Shown: in pieces, positions 52,766-62,908 of the stretch
How the letters are laid out: every line of letters begins with the position of its first letter
Position numbering within the stretch: position 1 is the first letter of the stretch
NCBI GenBank assembly: GCA_964586255.1
Contig: CAZPGE010000005.1
Coordinates: 12,775 to 76,774, forward strand
From: an uncultured Candidatus Saccharibacteria bacterium
Lineage (GTDB): Bacteria; Patescibacteriota; Minisyncoccia; Phycocordibacterales; UBA2100
Direction: 5' to 3'
Length of the DNA: 64,000 nucleotides
The notes under the pieces: generated by a model
Databases searched by the model: none
Told to the model about the DNA's origin: nothing
The model's input: the letters and a program-made list of their open reading frames with translations, nothing else
Position numbers and translations under genes: made by a program

Positions 52766-55700
52766 ATGTCGAGCCTCGCAAGGCTATTCTTTCTTGTACT
52801 CATCAGTACATCTTTTTCGCTCCCGGGAAATGTGGCTGCGCTTTCGGCTGAGGCGAATGCGATGTGCAAGCCATACATCGCGGAGTGCCCGTGCAATCAG
52901 GTGCTGAATAAATGGAGGTTCATGCCCGGTCAGCCGAAGTGTAAGGCGGGTGGAGAGAAAAACGGCGCGGGATATAGCAATACACATGCGTGCAAGGTGG
53001 GTGTATGTAAAGACGTCACAAACGAACACGTGACACAGGGAGTGTGCATTGCGGCCGGGAAATGTGAGGGGAAGCTTGCAGACGACAAACCGGTACAAAA
53101 GACTGACGTGCCGGTGAAAGACGGCGATAAGCCGGTGACCGCTGAGCCGCCGCCTCCGCCATCGGTATCAGACACGGGTGATGTGACAGGTGGCATGCCG
53201 CAGAAACCGGAGGTGCCTGAGACGACTGTGCAAGACCCGACAAAGGACCTCCAGGAGACACCTGACACCGAAACCCCCATCCCGTCCGGCTCTGCGAAGA
53301 GTGTCGAAGATCAGTTGAAGGAAGCGGCAGGCGAGCCGAGTCTCTGGGAAAGGTGGTTTGGAGGTGAAACTACGCCGAAGCCGGAGACTCCTGCACAACC
53401 GGATGCTCCAGTGGGGCTCGACGGGCAGCCAGTGCAGACACTCCAGCCCGACGCAGTAGCCGACCCGCAATTGTCAGACACGGGAGTCGTTCAGACTCAG
53501 CCGGGAGAATCTACTCACACATTTGGTCAGCCTGAGGAGACCAAAACTGTCCCCGCGGAAGATGCTACGTGGTGGGGTGCGGTAAAAGATACTGCTTCTA
53601 ATGTTTGGGAGGGGGCGAAAGATATTGCGGCGAACGTGCGCGACACAGTGGCGGGCGCGTTTACATCGGATACACCATCGACTCCAAGTATCGGTGAGAT
53701 AGAGATGCCACCGCCGCCGGCGGAAGTGCCGACGTTAGCAGACACGACAACCGGTGGAACACCAGAGCCGGTACCCGCAGGCGCCAGCGCGGAGCCATCC
53801 GCGACGCAACTCAATACACCGGGAAATGTGGGACCAGTGCCGTATGCAGAAGAGCTTTCGAAACTTGGCTTCGGCAATGACTTGCTGGGAAGCAGGCTCA
53901 AAGAATTGAATGGACTTATTCAAAATGGCAATGATCGGATTGAAGCGGGAAATGCGGACCTCACAACGCGAAAAGAGTCGCTCGATGCGCAGTATGCGCA
54001 GCTGAAGAGCGCGTGTGCTGCGAATACGTGCACACAGTCACAAATAGACACATACAAAGAACGAGCAGCTGCGTACGACCGAGATGCAGCAACGCATAAA
54101 AAACTCGCAGAACAAACGAGGGAATACGTCGACTCCGCGAAAGCGATAGCCTCTGCATTGAACAAGCCAACAGACCTCTCTGCGTATACGGGACGCGTGC
54201 CTGATACACCGGAAAATAAGTTTGTGAGCGATGTATCGCGCGCGGCGCTCGGAGAAATATCGAGGCAAGAGGTGAATGCATTCTGGAACGATACGCCCGC
54301 AAGTGACCTGGTGACAGAGAGATCTCGAATCGCGGGGAATGCTTTTGAGGCGGCGACACACAATGTCACTCCATCACAAGTTGCCGACGCGTTTGGAGAT
54401 TCTGCGCGGCTCTCGGATATTCGGAATCAGACTGCAATTACAGCGGCACAGGAGCAGCTTCGACAAATAGAAACGATTCGTTCGGATACGCCGATTAGCC
54501 AGCTCACACCCGAGCAAGCGGACCTCCTCTATAGAGAGCCGCTCATACGCGAGGAGCTCACTCGACTCGAAAGTGAGTCGCAGTCTCGTGCAGAGAGGAC
54601 TGAGAATATCCAACACGCTCTCCGCAACAGTCAGTATGGAGAGCAGCTGGCGCGCGCGCTGACTACCGAACCAAAAACGCCAGTTGAGCGACTTATACAA
54701 GAGCAGCTCTATTTGAAAGCGGCGGAATTATCGCGCAACAACTTCGCCGCCGAATTGCTTAGGAATACGGAGCAAGCACCGACGGGGCTTACGCCGGAAG
54801 ATTATTACATCCCGGTGGATACCGGGAAAAATGTGTACACGGATGGGGCAGCACAAGCGGATAGGCATATCGGAGAATTGACGGGTGCTCTCAAGCCGTC
54901 ACCGGAAACACAGAGTCTCTTAGACCGCGTAAATGGCAACGAATCATTCGGCCGATATGCTCCGCGAGCGCTCGCTGATGCGACAAATTTCATCGCGGAC
55001 TTGCCCGCAAAAGGATTGGAAGCATTGGGTGTGAACAGCACGGTAGCACATGTGGCCAACGGCATTCTCAACCCGGTCAAATGGGGAGCGGCTGCCTATG
55101 ATGCGTACCTCACGCTTTCGGGCAACCCAAGTACAGAGAGAATGCTCAGCGAGTATGGCATGTCGTCTGGAGAGAGGACATTCGCGCGAGTGATGGATTA
55201 CGCGTCGATAGCTGGTGCGGTCGCCCCATCGCGTGCCCTCATGGGTCTTGGGTCGACCAATGAAATCGGTGTTGTGGCCGAATCGTCGCGCGCATTTACA
55301 TTGAGTGATTCGGTCGCGACGAATGCAGCACGTGTAGAATTGCCGGCGCGAGATTTCGGAGCGGGCGCGTATAAGCATGTCGGCGATACGCCGCTTGGTC
55401 CTGTCTATGCGGCCGACACGCTCCCGTCTGTAGCATCGAGGGTTTCAAACACGGAACGGCAAGCCATCGAAGCGCTTAGCGGCAGGTCGCTCACATCTGC
55501 CGACCGCACGATACTCTCGCAAGTGGGACTTGAAGCGCGGCCATACGGAACCGTACAGGCGGAAATAACGAGAGGTGCGGGCGTGGCGCAGATTACCGAA
55601 AGTGTAAACATCCAGCGAACGGCGCTGGTTAACGGCAATGGGGAAGTAGTGGCTGTCCAAAGCCGCGTCCTCGGCTCTGGCGCGGCAAATTTCGATGCAA

Positions 55701-58700
55701 TGGAAAGATTTGCAATCGTTGCAACTCCGGAAAACACAGGAGTATTCGCATCGCTGCGCCAGCAATTCGACAATTGGTTTGGCCGTTCGGAGCCGACTCC
55801 GAGCGCGCGGCCAACGACGGCAGATGCGACACCGTCTTCCGCTGGTGATACGACACCTTCGGCACGCCCCGCCGATACTCCGGCGCTCCTAGAGTCTCCT
55901 CGAGGCACGACTCCATCTCGTACCGCAGACGTGCCTGATGGTGCGGTGCCGACAACTCCTCGAACAGCTGCAACAGACGGGCAAATCAGCGAAATCGGTC
56001 GTCCACAAAATCTCCCAGATGCACCCGCTGCTCCTCGTGATGTCACGCCAGCGAATACGCCTGATGTCCCTGTGGTCCAGACACCCGACGCGCCTCTTGT
56101 ACCCGACGGAGCGCCAGGAGTGATTCCTGCAGAACCTCTTGCCTCTACTTTGCCGACTACTGGATGGAACCCGAGTGAGTCGCTTGCGAGATTCGCGAAA
56201 GCGAGTGTCGTAGCATTTGGTCTTCTTCACAGCCCAGTGTCTCCGCTTGTCGATACGGCCGTAGCCAGAGGTGTATCAGGCGTGCCGGGCACCGTCTCAG
56301 TAAAAGCCTGTCTTTCAGACTGGACGTGTCTTACGCCGGAGACGGGACTCGGTAAGCGATACGAATTGAACAACGTAGGGTCCAATGGCGGGAACAGGAC
56401 CGCATCTGGCTACCAGCCAGGGCCAAAGGACATGCTCATCGCTTCGCAGACATATCCACTCGGCACATATGGAGAGCTATGCAACGGCGGCAGATGCACG
56501 AAGGTATTTGTAGGCGACACAGGCAATTTCAATCAGGCAAAATATCGCTACGCCAAATTTGACCTGCTCCCACAAGTGTCTTCGGTCGTAGGTCCGACGG
56601 CTGCACAGGGGAGGACGACGATGACGTTTACGCCGTATGGAATAGCAAAGGTAGAAGATGCCGCGGCAATTACGCGAGCAATGAACGCGGGGACTGCATA
56701 CCCCGATGCGGTCGCGCAGATACAGAACAAAGTAATTGCATACGCGCCGGGGAAGAGCGTCGAGCCGACAGCTGTAGCACAGGCTGCGCCGCCCGTCCCG
56801 CAAACACCGACGAGAGTCGCAGATATATCGCCCGCAGTACCCGCAAGCCAGCCAGCGGCAGCGGGGGAGCCGCGGTCTGCTGGGCCTCGTACAGCACTTC
56901 CGGCAGAGCTCGACACTTCGACTTGGACCACGAGGCGCATAGTCGATTCTTTTGTGCCGACGAAGACACCGGTACAGGTCGTCGCTGCAGAGCTCGCGAA
57001 TCCTACGGCAGAAATAAATGCGCTTTCATCGGCGCTCGTCGCAGACGGAATCATCCCTCGAGGCTCGACGGTCACTGCGGCCGCGGATGGGACGACGAAT
57101 GTACGAATTCCGAGCGGGGAGGTGCAGACACTCAAGGTAGTGGTTCCCGAAGCACCTGCCAATCTCAATATCACAGCACCGCGTGTCAGTGTCGGCGAGC
57201 TCAGAAAAGTGTACGCGCAGACAAAGAGTCCCGACATAGGCCGGGTGCTCAGGGCAATTGATGAGCGCGGATTCAATACCGTCCCTGACCGCGCATTTTT
57301 GAACAACGACACTCTCAAACAGCTCGTCGGAGTCTTGCGCGACTACGACAGAATGTTCCCCGGTCAGGTGCCTATCATCAATGAATTGAGCGACACTATC
57401 GGGCGCCCCTTCTCTAGCACTCACACATTTGGTCAAGCTATCGACTTCCGTGCGCGCGAGTGGAGCCCGCAAGTGAAAGCGTTGCAGAATATCTTGCTCT
57501 CACATGGGATGGCGACCCCATATTCGCTCTTCCACGGTACCGGCCCGCACTTGCATGCGGACGGGGGAGAAGTGAAAGCCGCGGATGCCTCGAATCTCAA
57601 CATCTCATACAAGACCGCACCGCAATACGCGCTGCACGATGCAGAGGGTGCGCAGGTGGGGAAACAATTCGCGCTCGGTGGACCGAAAGCTGCGCCAGTA
57701 CCGCCGACAAAGGTGGCAACCGCCCCGCTCCCGAAGCCGTCTCCAGCCCAAGTCGCAATCGGTACATTTGAACCACCGGCGCCGACAAGACCCGGCCCCG
57801 CATTTACTGCGGACAATGTGCCGGCCGAATGGAAGCAGTCGCCAATCACTGTGGCGGAAGCGAAGCCTCCCGTTACAGCCCCTGAGCCTGCGGCAGTGAC
57901 CGTGCCTCCTGCGCCAAAGGCGCCTATCGCTAAACCCGCGCCGATTCAGGCTGCGGAGATTGTTCCTGTCCCGAAGCCACGACCAACTGTATCCTCGACG
58001 AAAGTACCTACAGTCACAAAAGCTGCGACTCGCAATGTTCAGCCGAAAGCAAAGAATCAGGTTGCAGTCACGAAGCAGTTGCCCCCTGTAGATACGCGGT
58101 CAGCCGATGAAATCGCAGCGCAGATGCTCGCACTCAACAACAAAGTAGCTGCACAACTGAAGGTTCCGCCCGCCGAAGCGATGCCGAAGCTTCTAGAGAG
58201 AAATACTAAAATTGGCCAGTCTCTGAAGTCCGTGCAGGCTATAAAGAGCGAGCTCGATGAGCTGGCTAATAAAGTAGTGAGTACGTCTTTGAAGTCTCAG
58301 ACACTCTATGACCAGGGCAACACCGCCGCTTCTAAGGTTGAAGGAAACAAAGTCCAACCTCTTTTCCAGCAACTCGTGGCGCATACAAAGCAACTTTCCA
58401 CGGAAGCTCTTACTGAGGCTGATATTAAAGCGGTGCAAGCAGCGGCCGGTCGTGCTAACTCGGCAGCAAATGTACTCGAGGACACCATTCATCCAGACAA
58501 GGTTGTGGGTATCTATATGAACTCGAAAAATCCCGACGGCACGGCAAAGTTTGCGGACCAAGCTGCATTCGTGAAGTACGTAAAGGGGCTGGCGGGGAAT
58601 TTCCGTGGCAGTGTGGCGCAAGTTTCGTCACCTTTGTCTACCAAGATCAAGTCGTATCAAGTGGAGATTGCTTCCAATGACGCTCTCCTCAATCAATCAA

Positions 58701-61700
58701 AGCAGTTGATGGCCGCAAAACTCAATGCGGATAGCTTGGGTGCCAAGTACGCGCTCGAGCAACTTGAAGGACAGAAAGCGACCGACGAGGCGAATGCGAG
58801 AATAGCGGCCCTCCCTCCTATTGCGGGCCTCGAGGACCTCCTCCAGTCGCCGATTGTTTCGCGAGAAGCTCGTGATGTACCGCTTTCAGAACTTTTTTCC
58901 GAGCTGAAGAATGACGTGTTGGCATTTGCACGGGAAGAGCTCGGCTTGTTTGGCGGTCCGGGTTCTGGGGGACGCACTGTCACCGTAGAGGTCGCGCCAT
59001 CGGTAAAAACTCCTGAAGTCGCCCCGGCGAAAGTTGCCGCGGTTGAAGTGCCCCCTGCTAAGAGTGCTCAAGTGCGGCCGGGGAGTGCCGCACCTACATC
59101 CGCCGTACCATCCTATGTGCCGCGCATCGCGCGATTTGGCACGGAACCTGGCACGGGACCAGTCGTGTATTCTACGCCGGCGAATATTCCTGTATTGCAG
59201 GCGCGCATGAATGTGGCGATTAGGCCTCGCAAGCCTGAAATACAAGCGGGAAGCGGAGGGCAAATATCCCCGACGCCGCGGCTCGAACCACTTCCACCGG
59301 TGCCGAGCGCAGAAGCTGCTGCGCTCGCGAGAGAGCAAGCCTTGCGTAACCCAATCGTAGGTACCGATGATTTTGCGAATTTCCCACGGCAAAAACTCGA
59401 GGGAGAGGATGCACTGCTGCAAGAGGCCGCGATTGCCAAATATGTATCAAACAAAGAGCAATTGCTCGATACGTATGAAGCCCATTTTGGTACGAAGGTC
59501 GTCAATCCCGACCTCGCGAGGCTGCTCTTCAGGGATATGGGCTATACGGGAGTCAATTCGGCCGCAGTACAAAAAGTTGTCGCCGACATGACCGACGAGC
59601 TATGGAAACGTGCGCTCGCAAACAACCCTGAAGATTATGTTGTCCTCTACACAGGTTCGGCTGGCTCGGGTAAATCAAGCTCGATAAACAACGTACTTCC
59701 TGAGATGGAGGCACGGGCCGCCGTGATTATGGATGGCACTCTCTCCAACAAGGTGCTCGCCGAGCAGAGAATTGCGGAAGCGCTCGCGGCAGGGAAGCAA
59801 GTTGAAGTCATTAATGTGTATCGCGATCCAGTAGACGCATGGAACAACGGCGTCATCGCTCGTATGAAAGATGCGCAGTCGATTGATGCTGGAAGAGTCG
59901 TACCCATATCGGTATTCGTAATGGGATATAAGCGTTCGATGGAAGTTGTGAATTCATTGCTTACCAATCCGCGTGAGGGTGTGCATGTGAGTTTGATAGA
60001 AAACGTGATTCCCGGCTCACCGAGTGAGATGAGTCCGGAGCGTTTCCAAAGCATCCGGTACTCATCGAGTATAGAGCGAACGATTCGCAACAACACCGCT
60101 GATCTTCTTGGGCGTGGAGAAATCACACCACGGCAGTACGAGGCAATCACGGGTGCGGAAGCGCCAGGCAAGCTCGCGCTCGTCGCCGACGAGCCGATCG
60201 TGCCGGTGGATAGAGAGATTCCATCTCTTACCGAGCCGGTAGCGACTGCTCCGGAGGGCCCTGTCGCGGCACTTTGGACAGGGGATGGTGTCGAGGAAAG
60301 GCTCGCATGGATACGCGGGGTGCCAGAGAGAGTCACATTAGGTCTGCAAAACTCAGTGAACAAAATTCGTGATCTAATTCCAAGCGTACAAGAGCAGACG
60401 TATCTTCCGCCTGCCGTGACACAAGCGGAGGCCGAGAGCCTTGCGCGGATAGAAGGGGCACTTCTCGATATAGACGCACGATTTCCACGGGAAGTACCCG
60501 ACGATGTGCTCGCCACACTTGAGAGAGAGCTGCAGCAGCAGGTGGCGGGGCTGAGACCATCTGAGATTGACACCATCGCGCAAAAAAGTCTCTGGCAGCG
60601 TACGAAAGAATTCTTCTCACCGAGTAAAGAATCGACCGGTGCCGCGGTGCGAGAGCCCGAGCAGCTCCAACTGCCGCTCGATGAGCCCGTACAATCGGGA
60701 CGACCGCAGGTCGATGCTACTCCCGAGCAGGTGCCAACCTCGCGCCAAGGGGAGCTCTTCCCCGAAGAGCAGCTAGAACTGCAATTCCCGACGACGGGGG
60801 ATTATGTTCAGGCGAATCTGCCGCTCGATGAGCCAGCGCAGCCGACTCGAATTCCTGACACACCAATCCAGCGTGAGCTTCCCCTCGAGTCGCCGCTTAC
60901 GGAGACGCAGCTCGAGCTCCCGCTCACTCAGAGACAGCCCGGTCTGATAGAAAGAATTCGCAATCGTATTGTAGGTACGTCGAAACCATCCGTCACCGAA
61001 CCCGTATCAGGTACAAACTATCGATACAATCCCGTCACCGACCGCTTGGAGCCAATCGCTGTCGCGCCATCGCCGGCATCGACACCGAGCCCGGCGCCAG
61101 CCGCGGAATCACGGTCGCTCACCGTGGGAAGTACCGAGGCATTCGGCGGGGCTCTACCGCCAGCAAGCGGGAAAACGCTCGCAGGGAAATTTGGCAGCGC
61201 TTCGTGGGGCACCGCAAAATTCCTGTGTGGTGGATGGAGGCGTGCAGCGTTTTGTGGCGCCGTGGGGACAGGAGTATATCTGACTGCTTCGGGGTCATCG
61301 GACCCAACATCGCCCGCAGCACCTACTGGGGGCAGTCAGCCAGGCACGGTGAGGCCGACGACTGCAGGTACTCAGACACCTACTGCGCCTTCCGCTCCAG
61401 GCACGACCCCTGCCGGCTCCGTATCGAGTCCAGTGACGCCTATACCAACACCGACTCCGACACCGACTCCGACTCCGACACCCGTCCCAACTCCTACGCC
61501 GACGCCGGCACCAGCTCCAAAACCAGGGAATCAACCAGCTCCTTCTCCTGCGCCGGTTCCGACGCCCGTGCCACTACCGAAGCCAAGACCGGACGGAGCA
61601 CCTGCGCCTGTGCCCGCACCGCAGCCTCAGCCGCAACCTGCTCCGGTCCCATCTCCTGCACCGGCACCGTCACCCGAACAGCCAACAAAGTCTGGCTCAG

Positions 61701-62095
61701 GAAGCTCGGCAGGCAGTATCGGGAGCCTGCTTGGCTCGCTCATGAACTATCTCGGTCTTGGAAACAATAGTCAGCCGAAGCCTGCGCAGCAGCCGACGAC
61801 GCCGACCCGAACTCCGACATCAACATCGACACCGACAACGGTAAAGCCGATTGTGTCGCTTGTGCCAAATCCTGCCCGTGTGAAAGCGGGATCGACCGCA
61901 GTGCTCTGGTGGGCAAGCATCGGTACGACAGAGTGCTCCGTATCGGATTCTGAAGGCACTGTGCTTGTGAAAGGTTCTTCGACTGGAAAGGCCACGACAG
62001 CAGCAATACAAGCAACATCAAAATTCACCGTGACCTGCAAAGCTCGTTCTGGCGAAGACGTCCGCGCGGAGACGACCGTCTCGCTCGCTGAGTAG
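52766..62095 (+). CDS. Giant secreted multidomain protein (about 3110 aa): Cys-rich N-domain, coiled coils, 3D domain, LAS-type Zn-metallopeptidase domain, zeta-toxin/CPT-like P-loop kinase domain, PT-repeat linker, C-terminal Ig-like domain
   Basis: One uninterrupted ORF. Signal peptide MSSLARLFFLVLISTSFSLPGNVAA starts at 52766, with TATGAT 6 nt upstream. The 3D-domain motif YGELCNGGRCTKVFVGDTGNF...FDLL is near 56.45 kb. The LAS motif STHTFGQAIDF (H-x6-D) ...HGTGPHLHADGG (H-x-H) is near 57.4-57.56 kb. Walker A VLYTGSAGSGKSS then AVIMDGTL is near 59.65 kb. (PT)n runs 61.44-61.52 kb. Confidence 0.8.
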   Translation: MSSLARLFFLVLISTSFSLPGNVAALSAEANAMCKPYIAECPCNQVLNKWRFMPGQPKCKAGGEKNGAGYSNTHACKVGVCKDVTNEHVTQGVCIAAGKCEGKLADDKPVQKTDVPVKDGDKPVTAEPPPPPSVSDTGDVTGGMPQKPEVPETTVQDPTKDLQETPDTETPIPSGSAKSVEDQLKEAAGEPSLWERWFGGETTPKPETPAQPDAPVGLDGQPVQTLQPDAVADPQLSDTGVVQTQPGESTHTFGQPEETKTVPAEDATWWGAVKDTASNVWEGAKDIAANVRDTVAGAFTSDTPSTPSIGEIEMPPPPAEVPTLADTTTGGTPEPVPAGASAEPSATQLNTPGNVGPVPYAEELSKLGFGNDLLGSRLKELNGLIQNGNDRIEAGNADLTTRKESLDAQYAQLKSACAANTCTQSQIDTYKERAAAYDRDAATHKKLAEQTREYVDSAKAIASALNKPTDLSAYTGRVPDTPENKFVSDVSRAALGEISRQEVNAFWNDTPASDLVTERSRIAGNAFEAATHNVTPSQVADAFGDSARLSDIRNQTAITAAQEQLRQIETIRSDTPISQLTPEQADLLYREPLIREELTRLESESQSRAERTENIQHALRNSQYGEQLARALTTEPKTPVERLIQEQLYLKAAELSRNNFAAELLRNTEQAPTGLTPEDYYIPVDTGKNVYTDGAAQADRHIGELTGALKPSPETQSLLDRVNGNESFGRYAPRALADATNFIADLPAKGLEALGVNSTVAHVANGILNPVKWGAAAYDAYLTLSGNPSTERMLSEYGMSSGERTFARVMDYASIAGAVAPSRALMGLGSTNEIGVVAESSRAFTLSDSVATNAARVELPARDFGAGAYKHVGDTPLGPVYAADTLPSVASRVSNTERQAIEALSGRSLTSADRTILSQVGLEARPYGTVQAEITRGAGVAQITESVNIQRTALVNGNGEVVAVQSRVLGSGAANFDAMERFAIVATPENTGVFASLRQQFDNWFGRSEPTPSARPTTADATPSSAGDTTPSARPADTPALLESPRGTTPSRTADVPDGAVPTTPRTAATDGQISEIGRPQNLPDAPAAPRDVTPANTPDVPVVQTPDAPLVPDGAPGVIPAEPLASTLPTTGWNPSESLARFAKASVVAFGLLHSPVSPLVDTAVARGVSGVPGTVSVKACLSDWTCLTPETGLGKRYELNNVGSNGGNRTASGYQPGPKDMLIASQTYPLGTYGELCNGGRCTKVFVGDTGNFNQAKYRYAKFDLLPQVSSVVGPTAAQGRTTMTFTPYGIAKVEDAAAITRAMNAGTAYPDAVAQIQNKVIAYAPGKSVEPTAVAQAAPPVPQTPTRVADISPAVPASQPAAAGEPRSAGPRTALPAELDTSTWTTRRIVDSFVPTKTPVQVVAAELANPTAEINALSSALVADGIIPRGSTVTAAADGTTNVRIPSGEVQTLKVVVPEAPANLNITAPRVSVGELRKVYAQTKSPDIGRVLRAIDERGFNTVPDRAFLNNDTLKQLVGVLRDYDRMFPGQVPIINELSDTIGRPFSSTHTFGQAIDFRAREWSPQVKALQNILLSHGMATPYSLFHGTGPHLHADGGEVKAADASNLNISYKTAPQYALHDAEGAQVGKQFALGGPKAAPVPPTKVATAPLPKPSPAQVAIGTFEPPAPTRPGPAFTADNVPAEWKQSPITVAEAKPPVTAPEPAAVTVPPAPKAPIAKPAPIQAAEIVPVPKPRPTVSSTKVPTVTKAATRNVQPKAKNQVAVTKQLPPVDTRSADEIAAQMLALNNKVAAQLKVPPAEAMPKLLERNTKIGQSLKSVQAIKSELDELANKVVSTSLKSQTLYDQGNTAASKVEGNKVQPLFQQLVAHTKQLSTEALTEADIKAVQAAAGRANSAANVLEDTIHPDKVVGIYMNSKNPDGTAKFADQAAFVKYVKGLAGNFRGSVAQVSSPLSTKIKSYQVEIASNDALLNQSKQLMAAKLNADSLGAKYALEQLEGQKATDEANARIAALPPIAGLEDLLQSPIVSREARDVPLSELFSELKNDVLAFAREELGLFGGPGSGGRTVTVEVAPSVKTPEVAPAKVAAVEVPPAKSAQVRPGSAAPTSAVPSYVPRIARFGTEPGTGPVVYSTPANIPVLQARMNVAIRPRKPEIQAGSGGQISPTPRLEPLPPVPSAEAAALAREQALRNPIVGTDDFANFPRQKLEGEDALLQEAAIAKYVSNKEQLLDTYEAHFGTKVVNPDLARLLFRDMGYTGVNSAAVQKVVADMTDELWKRALANNPEDYVVLYTGSAGSGKSSSINNVLPEMEARAAVIMDGTLSNKVLAEQRIAEALAAGKQVEVINVYRDPVDAWNNGVIARMKDAQSIDAGRVVPISVFVMGYKRSMEVVNSLLTNPREGVHVSLIENVIPGSPSEMSPERFQSIRYSSSIERTIRNNTADLLGRGEITPRQYEAITGAEAPGKLALVADEPIVPVDREIPSLTEPVATAPEGPVAALWTGDGVEERLAWIRGVPERVTLGLQNSVNKIRDLIPSVQEQTYLPPAVTQAEAESLARIEGALLDIDARFPREVPDDVLATLERELQQQVAGLRPSEIDTIAQKSLWQRTKEFFSPSKESTGAAVREPEQLQLPLDEPVQSGRPQVDATPEQVPTSRQGELFPEEQLELQFPTTGDYVQANLPLDEPAQPTRIPDTPIQRELPLESPLTETQLELPLTQRQPGLIERIRNRIVGTSKPSVTEPVSGTNYRYNPVTDRLEPIAVAPSPASTPSPAPAAESRSLTVGSTEAFGGALPPASGKTLAGKFGSASWGTAKFLCGGWRRAAFCGAVGTGVYLTASGSSDPTSPAAPTGGSQPGTVRPTTAGTQTPTAPSAPGTTPAGSVSSPVTPIPTPTPTPTPTPTPVPTPTPTPAPAPKPGNQPAPSPAPVPTPVPLPKPRPDGAPAPVPAPQPQPQPAPVPSPAPAPSPEQPTKSGSGSSAGSIGSLLGSLMNYLGLGNNSQPKPAQQPTTPTRTPTSTSTPTTVKPIVSLVPNPARVKAGSTAVLWWASIGTTECSVSDSEGTVLVKGSSTGKATTAAIQATSKFTVTCKARSGEDVRAETTVSLAE

Positions 62096-62124
62096 CGTAT
62101 GGGGAGAAATGATATAATCGCCAC

Positions 62125-62316
62125 ATGGATGGGTATATGAGAAAGTTTGGTGAGGGAGAACGTCGACACCCCAGAAGGAAGCCTCCAGAGGCGCCAAAGC
62201 CGCCCAATTTTGGGAATATGGCTATAGAGGGGCTCAGGAGGGAGGCAGAGAAGAAAAAGTCTGCCGAGGATGGCGAAGATACAGAGAAGAATCCAGACCA
62301 GGAAAAGGATTCGTAA
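62125..62316 (+). CDS. Small charged hypothetical protein (63 aa)
   Basis: TATAAT (62113-62118) 6 nt upstream; disordered composition. Confidence 0.25.
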   Translation: MDGYMRKFGEGERRHPRRKPPEAPKPPNFGNMAIEGLRREAEKKKSAEDGEDTEKNPDQEKDS

Positions 62317-62318
62317 AT

Positions 62319-62897
62319 GTGTTACTATTTTCGTATATGACAGGAATCTACATTCTTATAGGCGCAGTCGCAGTAGCGGCTCTGTTTCTCGTCTGGGCGT
62401 ACAACAGATTTGTACGGCTCACAAATCGTACCGAGGAGGCATGGTCGGACATTGATGTACAGCTCAAGCGCCGCTATGACCTCATTCCGAATCTCGTCGA
62501 GACGGTAAAGGGATACGCATCGCACGAAGCGGGCACACTGCAAAAGGTGACTGAAGCTCGCACAAAGGCAATGGGTGCACAGACAGTCGCTGAACACGCA
62601 GAGGCAGAGAATATGCTCACAGGAGCACTCAAGTCACTCTTCGCGGTGTCCGAAGCATACCCAGACCTCAAGGCCAATTCCAACTTCGTTGAGCTTCAGC
62701 GCGAACTTTCCGATACGGAGAACAAGATTCAGGCTGCGCGTCGCTTCTACAACAGTGTCGTCATCGAGCTTCAAAATGCACTTGAGTCATTCCCGACCAA
62801 TATTGTTGGCAAGATGTTTGGATTCACGACTCGTGAGTTCTTCGAGCTCGGAGAAGGTGAGCAGGAAGCTCGCAATCCTGTGAAGGTCAGCTTCTAA
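62319..62897 (+). CDS. lemA: LemA-family protein
   Basis: GIYILIGAVAVAALFLVWAYNRFVRLTNRTEEAWSDIDVQLKRRYDLIPNLVETVKGYASHE... Confidence 0.85.
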   Translation: MLLFSYMTGIYILIGAVAVAALFLVWAYNRFVRLTNRTEEAWSDIDVQLKRRYDLIPNLVETVKGYASHEAGTLQKVTEARTKAMGAQTVAEHAEAENMLTGALKSLFAVSEAYPDLKANSNFVELQRELSDTENKIQAARRFYNSVVIELQNALESFPTNIVGKMFGFTTREFFELGEGEQEARNPVKVSF

Positions 62898-62908
62898 CTC
62901 TTTACCCT

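Noticed and set aside
53000-62000. Numerous 60-310-aa ORFs on the minus strand and in alternative frames inside the giant gene (e.g. 56548..57318, 59647..60576)
   Set aside because: All are nested within one continuous 9.3-kb reading frame that has coherent domain content; these are high-GC shadow ORFs.
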